DNA of 64,000 nt from Alphaproteobacteria bacterium (GCA_965228895.1 OZ245842.1:4224001-4288000), one strand, 5' to 3'; counted from the stretch's first letter, positions 10,265 to 20,185 are shown. Program-made: numbers and translations. Notes: generated by a model from the sequence alone, not told the origin.

Positions 10265-10920
10265 GATACGCTAGCCGCTGAGAAAACGGCTCTGGCTGCC
10301 GCGGTCACCGCGTCACCGGTCACGTCGTTCTCGCCCTTTGGTGTGGCAAACAAACTCGATACCGAACATCCAATAACGTGTGGGGCACCAATAGATACGG
10401 CTTCAACGCAAACATCCGAAGAACTTCAAAGTAAATACACGCCACATCCAATTAGAATCGAATGTATCAAGAACTGTCAAGAACTAATGGTTGTGAAAGT
10501 CGGGACGACACAGACAAGCGACGCTCATCTCAACTCTGTCACCTAAGTCGTTCCGCATTCGATGCTGAACCTGCGACAAGCGCAACGTCCTCAACCAACG
10601 ATTGAGCGCCCGGACATGCCGAGGTGCATCGTCTCGCTTCTCCATAGTCGGGAATCCTGGCATGACGGATAACATTCTTCATGAGCAGGCACGGCAAACC
10701 AGAAAGACGTTGCAACACGACAGTTGGTTCGATTTCGCGAAGTAAGGCCGATTGTTTGGTGCAAAAAAGTGTGACGATCTGCACAATTCCGGCGTCATAA
10801 CTTGCCTCAGTGGGACCAACCTTTGAGGGTGGAATGGTTAACTTTGGAGCCGTTCCGAAGTCTTGGGGTCTTCGGATGAAACGGCGACACGCAGCCACCA
10901 CCAAAGCAAAGGTCTCAACG

Positions 10921-11613
10921 ATGCCCACCATTCAAGCAAATCCTTTCGAGTACGAGTTTGATCCCGACCACATCGCGCTCCTGTGCATCGATATGCAGCG
11001 CGATTTCCTGGAGCCCGGCGGCTTCGCCGATACGCTCGGCAACAATCTCGACAACGTCACGCCCTGCGTCCCGGTCATCGGCAAGTTGCAGGCGGCGTTT
11101 CGCAAAGCCGGCCTGCCGGTGATTCACACCAAAGAATGCCACAAGCCCGACCTTTCCGACCTGCCGACCGCCAAACGCAACCGCGGGCGCCCGAAGCAGC
11201 GGATCGGCGACGAAGGGCCGATGGGCCGCATCCTGATCGACGGCGAGCCGGGATCGGATTTCGTTGCTGAGAACAAACCGCTTGAGCACGAGCTGGTCAT
11301 TGCCAAACCGGGCAAGGACTCGTTCTACCGCACCGAGTTGCTCGACTATCTGGTGACGCGCAGGATCTCCAACCTGGTGATCACGGGCGTCACGACCGAA
11401 GTCTGCGTGCAGACCACCATGCGCTGCGCAAACGACCGCGGCTTCGACTGCCTGCTGGTCGAGGACGGCACCGACAGCTACTTCCCCGAGTTCAAGGAAG
11501 CCACCTTACGAGCCCTTGTCGCCCAGGGCGGCATCGTCGGTTGGACGTGCCCGTCCGACACGATTCTGGCGCTTCTGGACTCGTTCTCACCCGCCTTGGC
11601 GGACGCCGCGTAA
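10921..11613 (+). CDS. Isochorismatase-family cysteine hydrolase, triuret hydrolase (TrtA)-like
   Basis: IDMQRDF, GPMGRIL, KPGK, GVTTEVCVQT, SYFP, AQGGIVGW. These match TrtA better than BiuH (GITTDVC, MQGGVFG). Confidence 0.8.
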   Translation: MPTIQANPFEYEFDPDHIALLCIDMQRDFLEPGGFADTLGNNLDNVTPCVPVIGKLQAAFRKAGLPVIHTKECHKPDLSDLPTAKRNRGRPKQRIGDEGPMGRILIDGEPGSDFVAENKPLEHELVIAKPGKDSFYRTELLDYLVTRRISNLVITGVTTEVCVQTTMRCANDRGFDCLLVEDGTDSYFPEFKEATLRALVAQGGIVGWTCPSDTILALLDSFSPALADAA

Positions 11614-11708
11614 GCCTTCGCCGCGGCGACTGCTTTGCCTGGGCGACGCAGCGGTGGCAGGACGGATGCGAGATCGGACAGCAATCGCGATGACCCGGCG
11701 GTGTCACG

Positions 11709-12710
11709 GTGGTTAGACCAGCCTTGAAATCGCCGGTCGACGCCATTCTGCCGCAGGTCGAGCCGGAGCGCATGGCCTACTGGCGGTTCGCGCTGCGCGG
11801 CTGCTCGCAGCTTTGCTTCCAGTCCAATGAGCTGACTGGGGCCTTCTTCCTGCTCGCGGCTCTCGTTCACTCGCCCATCGCGTTTGCTTACTTTCTGGTG
11901 GCCGCGCTCGTGGCGCCGGCCGCCCGTATGCTGCTGGGCGCGCGCCGTTCGGTTCTGGCAACCGGACTGCCCGGTCTCAATCCCAGCTTGATCGCGCTGT
12001 CGCTGCCGGCGTTCTTCGAGACCGGTTGGCTCGATTTCGGCATGTGGGGCGTACTCATCGTGTGCGTGGCATGCGCCGTTGTGTTGACTCATTTGTGCGT
12101 CGCCATCCTGCCGTTTCCGACACTTGCCTTGCCGTTTGTCGTGACGTTCTGGGCGCTTTACGCGCTTGCACCGGAGATCGATGTCCTCAGGCCCCTGTCC
12201 GGCGGCAGCATCTCGCCCACGGCGTTTGAACCATTGACGGCGCTTCTGCTGGGGCTGGGGCAGGCGGTGTTCTCCGCCAGCATTTGGTCGGGCCTGCTGT
12301 TCATTATCGGCATTCTGCTCAGCAACTGGCGGCACGCGGTGATTGCGTTGCTTGGCGCTGTTATCGGTACGGCGTTGGCCTACTACTACCGCGACGTCGA
12401 TCCAGCGATCGTCGACTTGGGTCTCTATGGCTTCAACGGCGTTCTGACGGCGGTGTCCGTCTACGTAGTATGCGGAAGCAAACTGCGCCTTGCCGTGCTC
12501 GGCTCCTTGATCGCGACCATCATGATGCCGGCGATAGGCGCGCTTGATGTCCAGATCGTGTCGGCCCCCTTTGTCTTGACCACCTGGCTCATGCTCGCGT
12601 TGGGCTGGATTGAAGACAAGTGGTTCAACGTGACGTCCGAACCGAACGAAGAATCGTCAACACGCGCTCAAACTGCCTCGCGGACCGAGCACAGCGCAGC
12701 TGGAGATTGA
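11709..12710 (+). CDS. Urea transporter (UT family)
   Basis: LRGCSQLCFQ, GLGQAVF, GLYGFNG, SAPFVLTTW and about 10 TM segments. Confidence 0.88.
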   Translation: MVRPALKSPVDAILPQVEPERMAYWRFALRGCSQLCFQSNELTGAFFLLAALVHSPIAFAYFLVAALVAPAARMLLGARRSVLATGLPGLNPSLIALSLPAFFETGWLDFGMWGVLIVCVACAVVLTHLCVAILPFPTLALPFVVTFWALYALAPEIDVLRPLSGGSISPTAFEPLTALLLGLGQAVFSASIWSGLLFIIGILLSNWRHAVIALLGAVIGTALAYYYRDVDPAIVDLGLYGFNGVLTAVSVYVVCGSKLRLAVLGSLIATIMMPAIGALDVQIVSAPFVLTTWLMLALGWIEDKWFNVTSEPNEESSTRAQTASRTEHSAAGD

Positions 12711-12713
12711 TCC

Positions 12714-13079
12714 ATGACAGAACCCGTTGCACCCATCATCGTCAGCAGCCTTCTGGAGCACGTCGCGAGCCTGCCTGACGACGTCAACTGGGAACCGTTC
12801 CGACCGGGCGTGACCGCCCATTGGCTCTACCGCGAAGACAACGGCGGATCGAGCGCTGTCCTGCTGCAGTATGAGCCGGGTGCGCGTGTGGCGCGTCACG
12901 AACATGTCGGCTACGAACACCTGCTGATACTCGAGGGCGACCAATACGATGAGGACGGTTCATATCCGGAGGGCAGTCTCTTGATTCACCCTCCCGGCAC
13001 CAGCCACTCACCCGGTAGCGTTGGCGGCTGTCTGGCGCTGCTGATCTATGAGAAAGCCGTCCTCTTTCCAGACCCATGA
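12714..13079 (+). CDS. ChrR-like cupin protein
   Basis: LLQYEPGARVARHEHVGYE...HPPGTSH, with a GGAG RBS. Confidence 0.85.
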   Translation: MTEPVAPIIVSSLLEHVASLPDDVNWEPFRPGVTAHWLYREDNGGSSAVLLQYEPGARVARHEHVGYEHLLILEGDQYDEDGSYPEGSLLIHPPGTSHSPGSVGGCLALLIYEKAVLFPDP

Positions 13080-13114
13080 CGAGGCATCCGCGTCGCGCGT
13101 CGGCAGACCCTTTT

Positions 13115-13502
13115 TCAGGACCGCGACCTTCCGTAATGCCGCGGCCTCGAAACCGTCGGTGTGGTGCCTAGCGACGATACCCGATCACCAAACGGGGCGG
13201 CGCCATGGCGGTTATTCAAAGGCTTGGCGCGGCGGTGATTCGCGATTGCTGCCGCACCAACATCACGCAACCACTTCAAAAGGTGGAACGTCTGGCGCTC
13301 GCTCAAGCCAATCAACTCCGCCACAACGCAGGCCGTCAAACGCTCCTCGTTCACGCGTCCCAGAATCTCCACACGATCCAGTTCGCGGCTGCTCATCAGC
13401 AACAAGGCTATCGCCAGCACCATCCCTGAAATCCCCATCAACAGGGATGGCAACTGACATCTCTACTTTGCTCAGTACTGACGTTCTAATGCTGCGCCTA
13501 CT
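13115..13502 (-). mobile_element. IS1202/ISNCY-family remnant (left end plus truncated transposase N-terminus)
   Basis: Reads MSSRELDRVEIL...ELIGLSERQ...NHRRAKPLN. Minus-strand end (A)GTAGGCGCAGCATTAGAACGTCAG...AAAGTAGAGATGTCAG has the repeated motif typical of these ends. Confidence 0.7.
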
Positions 13503-13507
13503 GTGTT

Positions 13508-13535
13508 CGGCCGCATAATCTGCATTATGGAAAAT
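13508..13535 (+). other. dif-like XerC/XerD recombination site, copy 2
   Basis: CGGCCGCATAA-TCTGCA-TTATGGAAAAT resembles the alphaproteobacterial dif pattern CGCATAA-N6-TTATGGAA. Confidence 0.75.
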
Positions 13536-13748
13536 GGTGGTGCGGGCAGTCCGCTGCGAACCCGTCTCCGGCGAGATTTCCCTGTTAACAGGGAAAATAC
13601 AGGGAAATATTGCGATTTTCGGTCGAATTCTGAGCTCTTTCACCCGAGATCCCACCGACTTTTCATGAGCTTAGCGGGATTTTCCCTGCGCGATAGAACA
13701 AGGAAAGCCTCTGATCAAACAGGGATCGTCCTGAGCGTATCAGGGAAA
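13535..13748. repeat. Conserved dif-adjacent element, copy 2 (palindrome plus CAGGGAA boxes)
   Basis: 13535-13613 matches 27579-27657 at 72/79 nt. Perfect palindrome TTTCCCTGTTAACAGGGAAA at 13577-13596. More CA(G/A)GGA boxes extend to about 13748. Confidence 0.85.
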
Positions 13749-14100
13749 CCTCTCTCGATTGGTGGATGCGAGTTCAGAAAAATGCATAGACCCTCAATTG
13801 TCTTGGCTTGCCGTTTCAAGCCGCGATCTCGGAGCCTATCGGGCGGACGATCGAAACATCACGACGCGACGCACCGCGCCAGGGATCACAGATCGCATGT
13901 CATGAAGACCAGGTCGACCCGCTCTGGGAGGGGCAACGACGCCGGTCATGTTGCTGAGGCCAGGTCTGTTCGGCCAACTGGTTACGGTTTCAGATGGAAC
14001 CGACGTGTCGATCAGGCCAAGAGTCGATCATCGATCCTCTTGGCGACCTGACGACACACGTCCGGTACAGTCTCAACGGGCAGCGTTCATCGTCTTCACC

Positions 14101-14946
14101 TCACCCCTGGCCGACCAGCACGCGGGGGCCGAAAACCGAGGCGTTGACCTCTGGCCGACCGACAACGCCCGGCCTGTCCTCATAGGACATGACCGACATC
14201 AAGCGCATATGCTCCCCTGTGACTTCCGTGACCCGGTGAACACTGCGGTTGCCACGAAAGATCACAAGCGAACCAGGAACGCGGTGCACCTGGAGCACGC
14301 GCTCACCTCCCTTGCCATCGAGAACGTCCAGCAGCTCGACCGGGTCGGCATCGTCATCCGGCCAGATTTCTGGTGCGATCTCAAAAATCCCACCTCCTTC
14401 CGGCTCCTGCAGCATGAGTGTGACCGTAAAGGCGTTGCCCCGATCGAAATGCCATGGCGAGTTGTCACCTTCTCGCATGCCCAGGACTACCGTCGGCTGA
14501 TAAGGGTCCTCATTCATATAGAGCGTCTCGATTCCGACGATTTGAGCGATCGCCCGCCTAATCGGCTCCCAGCCATAGAACCGGACCGTCGGACCATCAG
14601 GGTCGAACTGATCGAACGCGAGGATTCGAAAGCGTGCGTCGAAGAAGACGTTCATCGGATGATCATCGGCCCTGTCGAGTGATGGCTGCTGGTTCAAGAA
14701 ACAGGTTCGGCGCGACCGGTTTGTGTGGGCGTCAGGCATCGCAGCGAGCGCTTCAGCCGCCATGGCTTTACGTGCGCTCTCGGTGACAAAGTCGGGGAGA
14801 ACGCAGAACTGCTGCCGGTCGAGATCGGTTCGTGCTGACACAATCGCATCGGCCAGCTGCGGAGATGACGGGTCGTCCAACGGATAGAGATCGAGGCGGA
14901 TGAGATCGGCGGCATCGGTTTCGCGGGCCATGGTTGGAACCTTCAT
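14101..14946 (-). CDS. 2-oxoglutarate/Fe(II)-dependent oxygenase-like protein
   Basis: WHFD (HxD), GGIFE, IFRGNRSVHRVT and a distal Arg. Confidence 0.75.
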   Translation of the reverse strand: MKVPTMARETDAADLIRLDLYPLDDPSSPQLADAIVSARTDLDRQQFCVLPDFVTESARKAMAAEALAAMPDAHTNRSRRTCFLNQQPSLDRADDHPMNVFFDARFRILAFDQFDPDGPTVRFYGWEPIRRAIAQIVGIETLYMNEDPYQPTVVLGMREGDNSPWHFDRGNAFTVTLMLQEPEGGGIFEIAPEIWPDDDADPVELLDVLDGKGGERVLQVHRVPGSLVIFRGNRSVHRVTEVTGEHMRLMSVMSYEDRPGVVGRPEVNASVFGPRVLVGQG

Positions 14947-14963
14947 CTGTGTTGAGCGGTGTC

Positions 14964-16523
14964 TCAGAGCGCGTCGGCGGGCAGTTCCGCCGTTCGACGC
15001 GCAACAAACTCAAGAAGGGCTTCGTCGAGGCCGGGATCAATGGCGGGCGCTTCATAGCGTTCAAGCTGACGTCTGGCCTCGTCACGTCCGTCGTCGATCG
15101 CTTCAAGGCCGCCCTCTTCCTCCCACTGTTCGTAGGTCGCCGTGTTCTGAAGTTCGAGATTAAAAAGTCCGCTGCGTCGCGTGTGGGCGGAACCTAGGAA
15201 GTGCCCGCCCGGTCCGACCTCGCGCATGGCATCTAGAAGTTCGTCGGGGTCTTCCATGGCAGCGCCACAGGCGAAATGATAGAGCGCGTCGACCTGTCCG
15301 TAATCGATGACCAGCTTTCCGAAGCACAGCGTCAAGGTGTTCTCGGTGCTGCCGCCGGCGTGGCTGATCCAGTTCGCGCCCGCCGTAATCGCCGAGAACG
15401 CGCTCCACATGGACTCGTATCCCGCGTTGAGATCGGCGGTTTTGGCCGTACCGATATTGAGCATGCCGCGATGGGGCACACCGTAACGCCGGGCCATCAT
15501 GCCGGCGAGAAGCTGGATAAGGGCCGAATCCGGATGACCGAACACCGGCGCGCCGGTCTTGAGCGCCACCGTCATCGGTGGACAGCCGAACAACGCCGGA
15601 CAGCCGGGCCGGATAAGCTGGGCAAGCGCGATCGCCATGACGTTCTCAGCCGCTACCACGGCCATCGTACCCACGGGACTGGCCGGTGTGCTGGCGCCGG
15701 CCATGGAGAACGGCGAACATAGTACCGCCTGATTGCTTGCGGCATAGACCTTCAACGCATCGAGCATGGTGCCGTCCCATACCAATGGCGAGGTTGAGTT
15801 GATCAGCGACGTCGTCACGGTATTGTCGGCGACAAAACCTTCGCCGAATACAAGCCGCATCATGGCGAGCGTGTCGTCGGCCCGCGAGCGGGCGGTCACG
15901 TTGCCCAGCACCGGCTTATCGGACCATTTGAGCGCGCTATAGGTCATGTGCAGATGGCGATGCGGCACGGGAACATCCGTGATTTCGACGATCGGTCCGC
16001 CGGTGATGTGGACCGCACGCGCCATGTGGGTCAGCTTCTGCAGCGCATCGAGATCGGCCAGCGTCGCATTACGTCTGACACCGTCGAGATCACGAACGAA
16101 GGGATTGCCGTAGGACGGCGAGAAGACCGTATTGCGGCCACCCACCGTGACCGAGCGTTCGGGGTTGCGGGCATGCTGGACGTACTCCGCCGGGGCCGTC
16201 GCGATCAATTCCATCAGCATCTCGCGCGAGGCTCTGACCCGTTGGTCTTTCACATCGGCGCCGGCGCGGCGCCAGATTTCCAAAGACTCGGGATCGCGAA
16301 ACTCGACACCGATCTCCTCGACAATGCGCATGGCCATGTCGTGGATCTTCTCGACACCCTCGGCATCCAGTAGATCGAGGACGGGGATGTTTCGCATCAA
16401 CGTCGGCCTGTGCACTATCGGCGCATCCGAAATCGCGGCATGGCGTCCAGCGCGACCGCCCCGCCGGCGTTTACCGGCATCGCGCATCGGCGCTTCAATA
16501 TCGATGGCCCGATCGGCGCTCAT
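14964..16523 (-). CDS. Trimethylamine methyltransferase family protein (MttB/MtgB-like, no pyrrolysine)
   Basis: ARNPERSVTVGG, INSTSPLVWD, PFSMAGASTP, VGPGGHFLG.HT. No in-frame amber codon. Confidence 0.9.
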   Translation of the reverse strand: MSADRAIDIEAPMRDAGKRRRGGRAGRHAAISDAPIVHRPTLMRNIPVLDLLDAEGVEKIHDMAMRIVEEIGVEFRDPESLEIWRRAGADVKDQRVRASREMLMELIATAPAEYVQHARNPERSVTVGGRNTVFSPSYGNPFVRDLDGVRRNATLADLDALQKLTHMARAVHITGGPIVEITDVPVPHRHLHMTYSALKWSDKPVLGNVTARSRADDTLAMMRLVFGEGFVADNTVTTSLINSTSPLVWDGTMLDALKVYAASNQAVLCSPFSMAGASTPASPVGTMAVVAAENVMAIALAQLIRPGCPALFGCPPMTVALKTGAPVFGHPDSALIQLLAGMMARRYGVPHRGMLNIGTAKTADLNAGYESMWSAFSAITAGANWISHAGGSTENTLTLCFGKLVIDYGQVDALYHFACGAAMEDPDELLDAMREVGPGGHFLGSAHTRRSGLFNLELQNTATYEQWEEEGGLEAIDDGRDEARRQLERYEAPAIDPGLDEALLEFVARRTAELPADAL

Positions 16524-17644
16524 ACCGCCGATCCTTTCGCTTGTCGCACGCTCTTGCCCAGCCGCGACACGCCCTCTTCGATTTCGGCGACGCTCGGAAA
16601 CCCGAAGGCCAGGCGGATGTGGGGACCGGCATCGTTGCGGATGTGAAAGTCCGAGCCGTGTGCGAAGTCGACACCGTTGTCGACAGCGATCTCCTTCAGA
16701 CGTCCCGGATCGACATCGTCAGGCAGGCGTATCCAGATGAACAGCCCGCCTGGCGGCTGCGACACCGCACATTCGTTGCCAAGCTGGCGGTGCAGCGCGG
16801 CAAGCATGGTGTCGCGTTTGACCTTTAGGCCGTCATTGGCCATCTCGACATGCTGCCACAGACGGTCTTTCAGGTATTCGTGGGTAATGGCCGAGGCCAG
16901 CGTGTTCGGGCCGGCGTCGTTGCGCTTGGCGAGCACCTTCTCGAGCATGGGCGGACGAACCACGAGATAGCCGAGCCTGACGCCCGGCGCGAAGATCTTG
17001 GATAGCGAACACAGATAGATTTGGCGCGGATCGTCGTCGAGCGCATAGAGCGCCTGCGGCTTGTCGCCGTCATAGTGGACGTCGCCGTAACAATTATCTT
17101 CGATGACCGGAACATCGTGACAACGGGCCAACTCGATCAATTGCAGGCGGCGTTCGCGTGACATGACGGCGTCGGTCGGATTCTGATAGGTCGCGAGCGT
17201 ATAGATGCACCGCGGCCTGCGCCCTTCATCCGCCAGGCGATCCAACGTCTCGGCAAGCGCGTCCATGCGCATGCCTTCCTGGTCCAGAGGCACGCCGGCC
17301 ATCTCGATGCCCATGGCCTCGAAGGCACGGATGCTGCCGACATAGCAGTACTCCTCCATCACCACGATGTCGTCGTGACCGGTGCGCAACGCCTCGACCG
17401 CCAGTGTGATGGCCTGCATGGAACCGTTGGTGATCAAGATGTGCTCGGGATCGACAGCGGCGCCTTCGCGCTCCATCTCCCGTTGCGCCATCAAGGCGCG
17501 AAGACCGTCGTGGCCCAGCTTGCCCGGATAGGTGTTGAGCGCCACGGTCATGTTGCATATGGCACGCTGGGCCGCATCGGCGAACCCGTCGGCCGGGAAG
17601 GTCTCAGGATTGGTGTTGCCGGTGGCGAAACTGATCAGGTCCAC
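16520..17644 (-). CDS. PLP-dependent class I/II aminotransferase
   Basis: ITNGSMQA, YQNPT, IEDNCY, SLSKIFAPGVRLG. Confidence 0.9.
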   Translation of the reverse strand: MDLISFATGNTNPETFPADGFADAAQRAICNMTVALNTYPGKLGHDGLRALMAQREMEREGAAVDPEHILITNGSMQAITLAVEALRTGHDDIVVMEEYCYVGSIRAFEAMGIEMAGVPLDQEGMRMDALAETLDRLADEGRRPRCIYTLATYQNPTDAVMSRERRLQLIELARCHDVPVIEDNCYGDVHYDGDKPQALYALDDDPRQIYLCSLSKIFAPGVRLGYLVVRPPMLEKVLAKRNDAGPNTLASAITHEYLKDRLWQHVEMANDGLKVKRDTMLAALHRQLGNECAVSQPPGGLFIWIRLPDDVDPGRLKEIAVDNGVDFAHGSDFHIRNDAGPHIRLAFGFPSVAEIEEGVSRLGKSVRQAKGSAV

Positions 17645-17653
17645 ATACCGCTC

Positions 17654-18424
17654 CTAGTCCTTGACCGAAAAACCGCCATCGACGGCGATGGACGCGCCCG
17701 TGATGTAGTCGGATGCCGCGCTCGCCAGGAACACGGCCGTTCCCGCCAGATCGTCCGGCTCGCCCCAACGGCCGGCCGGCGTGCGTGCGCTGATCGCCTT
17801 TTCTTTCTCCGGGAACTGTTCGAGATAAGAGCCGGTCAACTCGGTCACGAACCAGCCCGGCAGGATGGCGTTGACCTGGATGTTGTCCTTGGCCCAGGCA
17901 ATCGCACAGACCTTGGTGAACTGGACCAGGCCGCCTTTGCTGGTGGCGTAGGCGCTGTCGTTGGCGCCGCCAAAGATCGCGTACATTGACGCGATATTGA
18001 TGACCTTGCCGCCGCCGGCAGCCTTCATCTGCGGATGAACCGCCTTCGACAGCATGAAAGCGCCCTTGACGTTCGTATCCATCACCCGGTCCCACTCGTC
18101 ATCGGGCGTTTCCTCAGGCGCGAAGCGACACGAAGTGCCGGAGTTGTTGACCAGGATGTGGATCCCCTGCATCGCGTCGGCAGCGGCCGAGACCGCCGCC
18201 GCGATGGACTCCGATGACGCGACATCACAGTCGACCGCCATGGCGCGGCGCCCGGCGCCTTCAATCTCGGCTACTGCCTCGGCGGCCTTCGTCTGATCAC
18301 GGCAGGCGATGACGATATCCGCGCCGGCCCTGGCCATGCCGACCGCCATGCCGAGGCCAAGCCCCCGGTTACCGCCGCTGATCATCGCTACCCTGCCGCT
18401 AAGGTCGAAGGGGTTGTCACTCAT
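17654..18424 (-). CDS. SDR oxidoreductase (KduD/gluconate 5-dehydrogenase-like)
   Basis: GGNRGLG, NNSG, YATSK, VDGG. Start placed at MSDNPFDL. Confidence 0.9.
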   Translation of the reverse strand: MSDNPFDLSGRVAMISGGNRGLGLGMAVGMARAGADIVIACRDQTKAAEAVAEIEGAGRRAMAVDCDVASSESIAAAVSAAADAMQGIHILVNNSGTSCRFAPEETPDDEWDRVMDTNVKGAFMLSKAVHPQMKAAGGGKVINIASMYAIFGGANDSAYATSKGGLVQFTKVCAIAWAKDNIQVNAILPGWFVTELTGSYLEQFPEKEKAISARTPAGRWGEPDDLAGTAVFLASAASDYITGASIAVDGGFSVKD

Positions 18425-20166
18425 GCCTGTCTCTCCGCGTCGCTGACGCGCGTAGCTTCGTCGTGGGGTCGCTGCAAGGTGCCCGGACGCTGTGTGGTGT
18501 CCCAGTTGTCCGCATAACCCACCGCCGCATTCGATGGCGGCAGCGGATCGCGTCCCAGGATCATGTCCGAGGCCTTTTCGCCGATCATGATCGTCGGCGC
18601 ATTGAGATTGCCGTTGGTGATGACCGGCATGATCGACGAGTCGACGACCCGCAAGCCGCCGATGCCGTGTACCCGCAGTTGCGAGTCGAGCACCGCGTCC
18701 TTTCCCGTACCCATCGGACAAGTGCAGCTGGGGTGGTAAGCGGTTTCCGCATGATCTGCGGTCCACCTATCCAGCGCCTCGTCGCTCACCACGTCCGCGC
18801 CGGGCAAAACCTCCTTGTCCCGATAGGCATCAAAGGCTGGTTGCGCGAAGATCTCGCGCGTCAAACGGATGGCGCGGCGGAAGGTGATGCGGTCTTCTTC
18901 CTCGGCAAGATAGTTAAACCGTATGTGCGGCTTGTCGGCGGGCTCTGCCGAACGCAACCAGACCCGGCCACGGCTCTTGGGTTTGGTCGGGCTGAGATGC
19001 GCCTGATAGCCATGGCCCTTGAACTTCGACGACCCATCGAACCCCATGGCAACCGGGATGAAGTGATACTGGATATCGGGGAACGACAGCCCTGCGCGGC
19101 TGCGGATGTATCCGTTCGCCTCGAAGTGGTTGGTCGCGCCCAGGCCATCGTGAAACATCAACCAGCGCAAGCCGACCAAGAGCTTGCCGATCGGATTCAG
19201 CCTGCTGTTCAGCGTGACCGGCTTCGTGCAGGAGACCTGGTACCAGAGCTCAAGATGATCCTGCAGGTTGCCCCCGACGCCGGGCAGGTCGTGCACAGGC
19301 TCGATCCCGTTTTCCATCAGGTGGGCGGCCTCGCCGATACCCGAGAGCATCAGGAGTTTCGGTGAGTTGATGGGCCCCGCCGACAAGATGACTTCGCGGC
19401 GGGCGAAGGCACGCTTGACCACGCCGCCCTGCTCGTACTCGACGCCGCTGGCGCGCCTGCCCTCCGTCAAGACGCGCCGGGTCAACGCATGCAAGACGAC
19501 GGTAAGGTTGGTGCGAGTCCTGGCGGGTTTGAGATAGGCATTCGCGGTCGACCAGCGCCGGCCGTCCTTGACCGTCATGTCCATGCGCCCGAAACCTTCC
19601 TGGCGCCATCCGTTGACGTCATCGGATCGCGGATAGCCCGCTTCCACCCCAGCCTCGACCAAGGCGCGGTAAAGCGGGTTCGCCATGTTGCTGCCGTTGC
19701 AGGTGTGGAGCGGTCCGTCGCTGCCCCGATAGTCGTCACCGCCGAAGGCCGAGGTCTCGGCGCGCCGGAAGTAAGGCAGGCAGTGACGGTAACCCCAGCC
19801 TTCGTTGCCAAGCGCCTCCCACTCATCAAAGTCGCCGGCATGCCCGCGCACGTAACACATGCCGTTGATCGATGATGTGCCGCCGATGACCTTGCCGCGC
19901 GCCTGATGGATCTGTCGGCCATTGAGTCCCGGCTCCGGCTCGGTCATGAAACCCCAGTCGAAGCGCGGTTTCGTCATTGGGATAGCGCAGGCTGCCGGCA
20001 TCTGGATAACCACGCTGTCATCCCGACCGCCATATTCCAGCACCAGGACGCTGTTGCCGCTGTTCTCGCTGAGCCGCGCGGCCAGCACGGCACCGGCCGA
20101 ACCGGCACCGATAACGATGAAGTCGTATGTCTGGGTTTCCGTCGCCGTCACGACAGAAACCCACAT
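18421..20166 (-). CDS. betA: Choline dehydrogenase (GMC oxidoreductase)
   Basis: GAGSAG, RGKVIGGTSSINGM, QEGFG, AYHPSCTC, TNGNLNAPTIMIGEKA. Confidence 0.88.
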   Translation of the reverse strand: MWVSVVTATETQTYDFIVIGAGSAGAVLAARLSENSGNSVLVLEYGGRDDSVVIQMPAACAIPMTKPRFDWGFMTEPEPGLNGRQIHQARGKVIGGTSSINGMCYVRGHAGDFDEWEALGNEGWGYRHCLPYFRRAETSAFGGDDYRGSDGPLHTCNGSNMANPLYRALVEAGVEAGYPRSDDVNGWRQEGFGRMDMTVKDGRRWSTANAYLKPARTRTNLTVVLHALTRRVLTEGRRASGVEYEQGGVVKRAFARREVILSAGPINSPKLLMLSGIGEAAHLMENGIEPVHDLPGVGGNLQDHLELWYQVSCTKPVTLNSRLNPIGKLLVGLRWLMFHDGLGATNHFEANGYIRSRAGLSFPDIQYHFIPVAMGFDGSSKFKGHGYQAHLSPTKPKSRGRVWLRSAEPADKPHIRFNYLAEEEDRITFRRAIRLTREIFAQPAFDAYRDKEVLPGADVVSDEALDRWTADHAETAYHPSCTCPMGTGKDAVLDSQLRVHGIGGLRVVDSSIMPVITNGNLNAPTIMIGEKASDMILGRDPLPPSNAAVGYADNWDTTQRPGTLQRPHDEATRVSDAERQA

Positions 20167-20185
20167 GTCGAACCGCGCACGGCGG

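Noticed and set aside
10789-10805. Sigma-54 promoter GG...TTGC upstream of the hydrolase
   Set aside because: The GG-to-GC spacing is 11 nt rather than the required 10.
13530-13575. tRNA gene on the minus strand (GGTTCG...CACCA)
   Set aside because: Only a 3'-end resemblance. I cannot build D and anticodon arms, so it is reported as part of the repeat element.
13503-14051. 182-aa ORF and the similar 86-aa ORF at 27416 (IICIME...) as a protein family
   Set aside because: The similarity comes from the shared DNA repeat (dif site and palindrome), not from coding conservation.
14964-16523. Pyrrolysine-type MttB
   Set aside because: The ORF has no in-frame TAG and there are no pyl genes.
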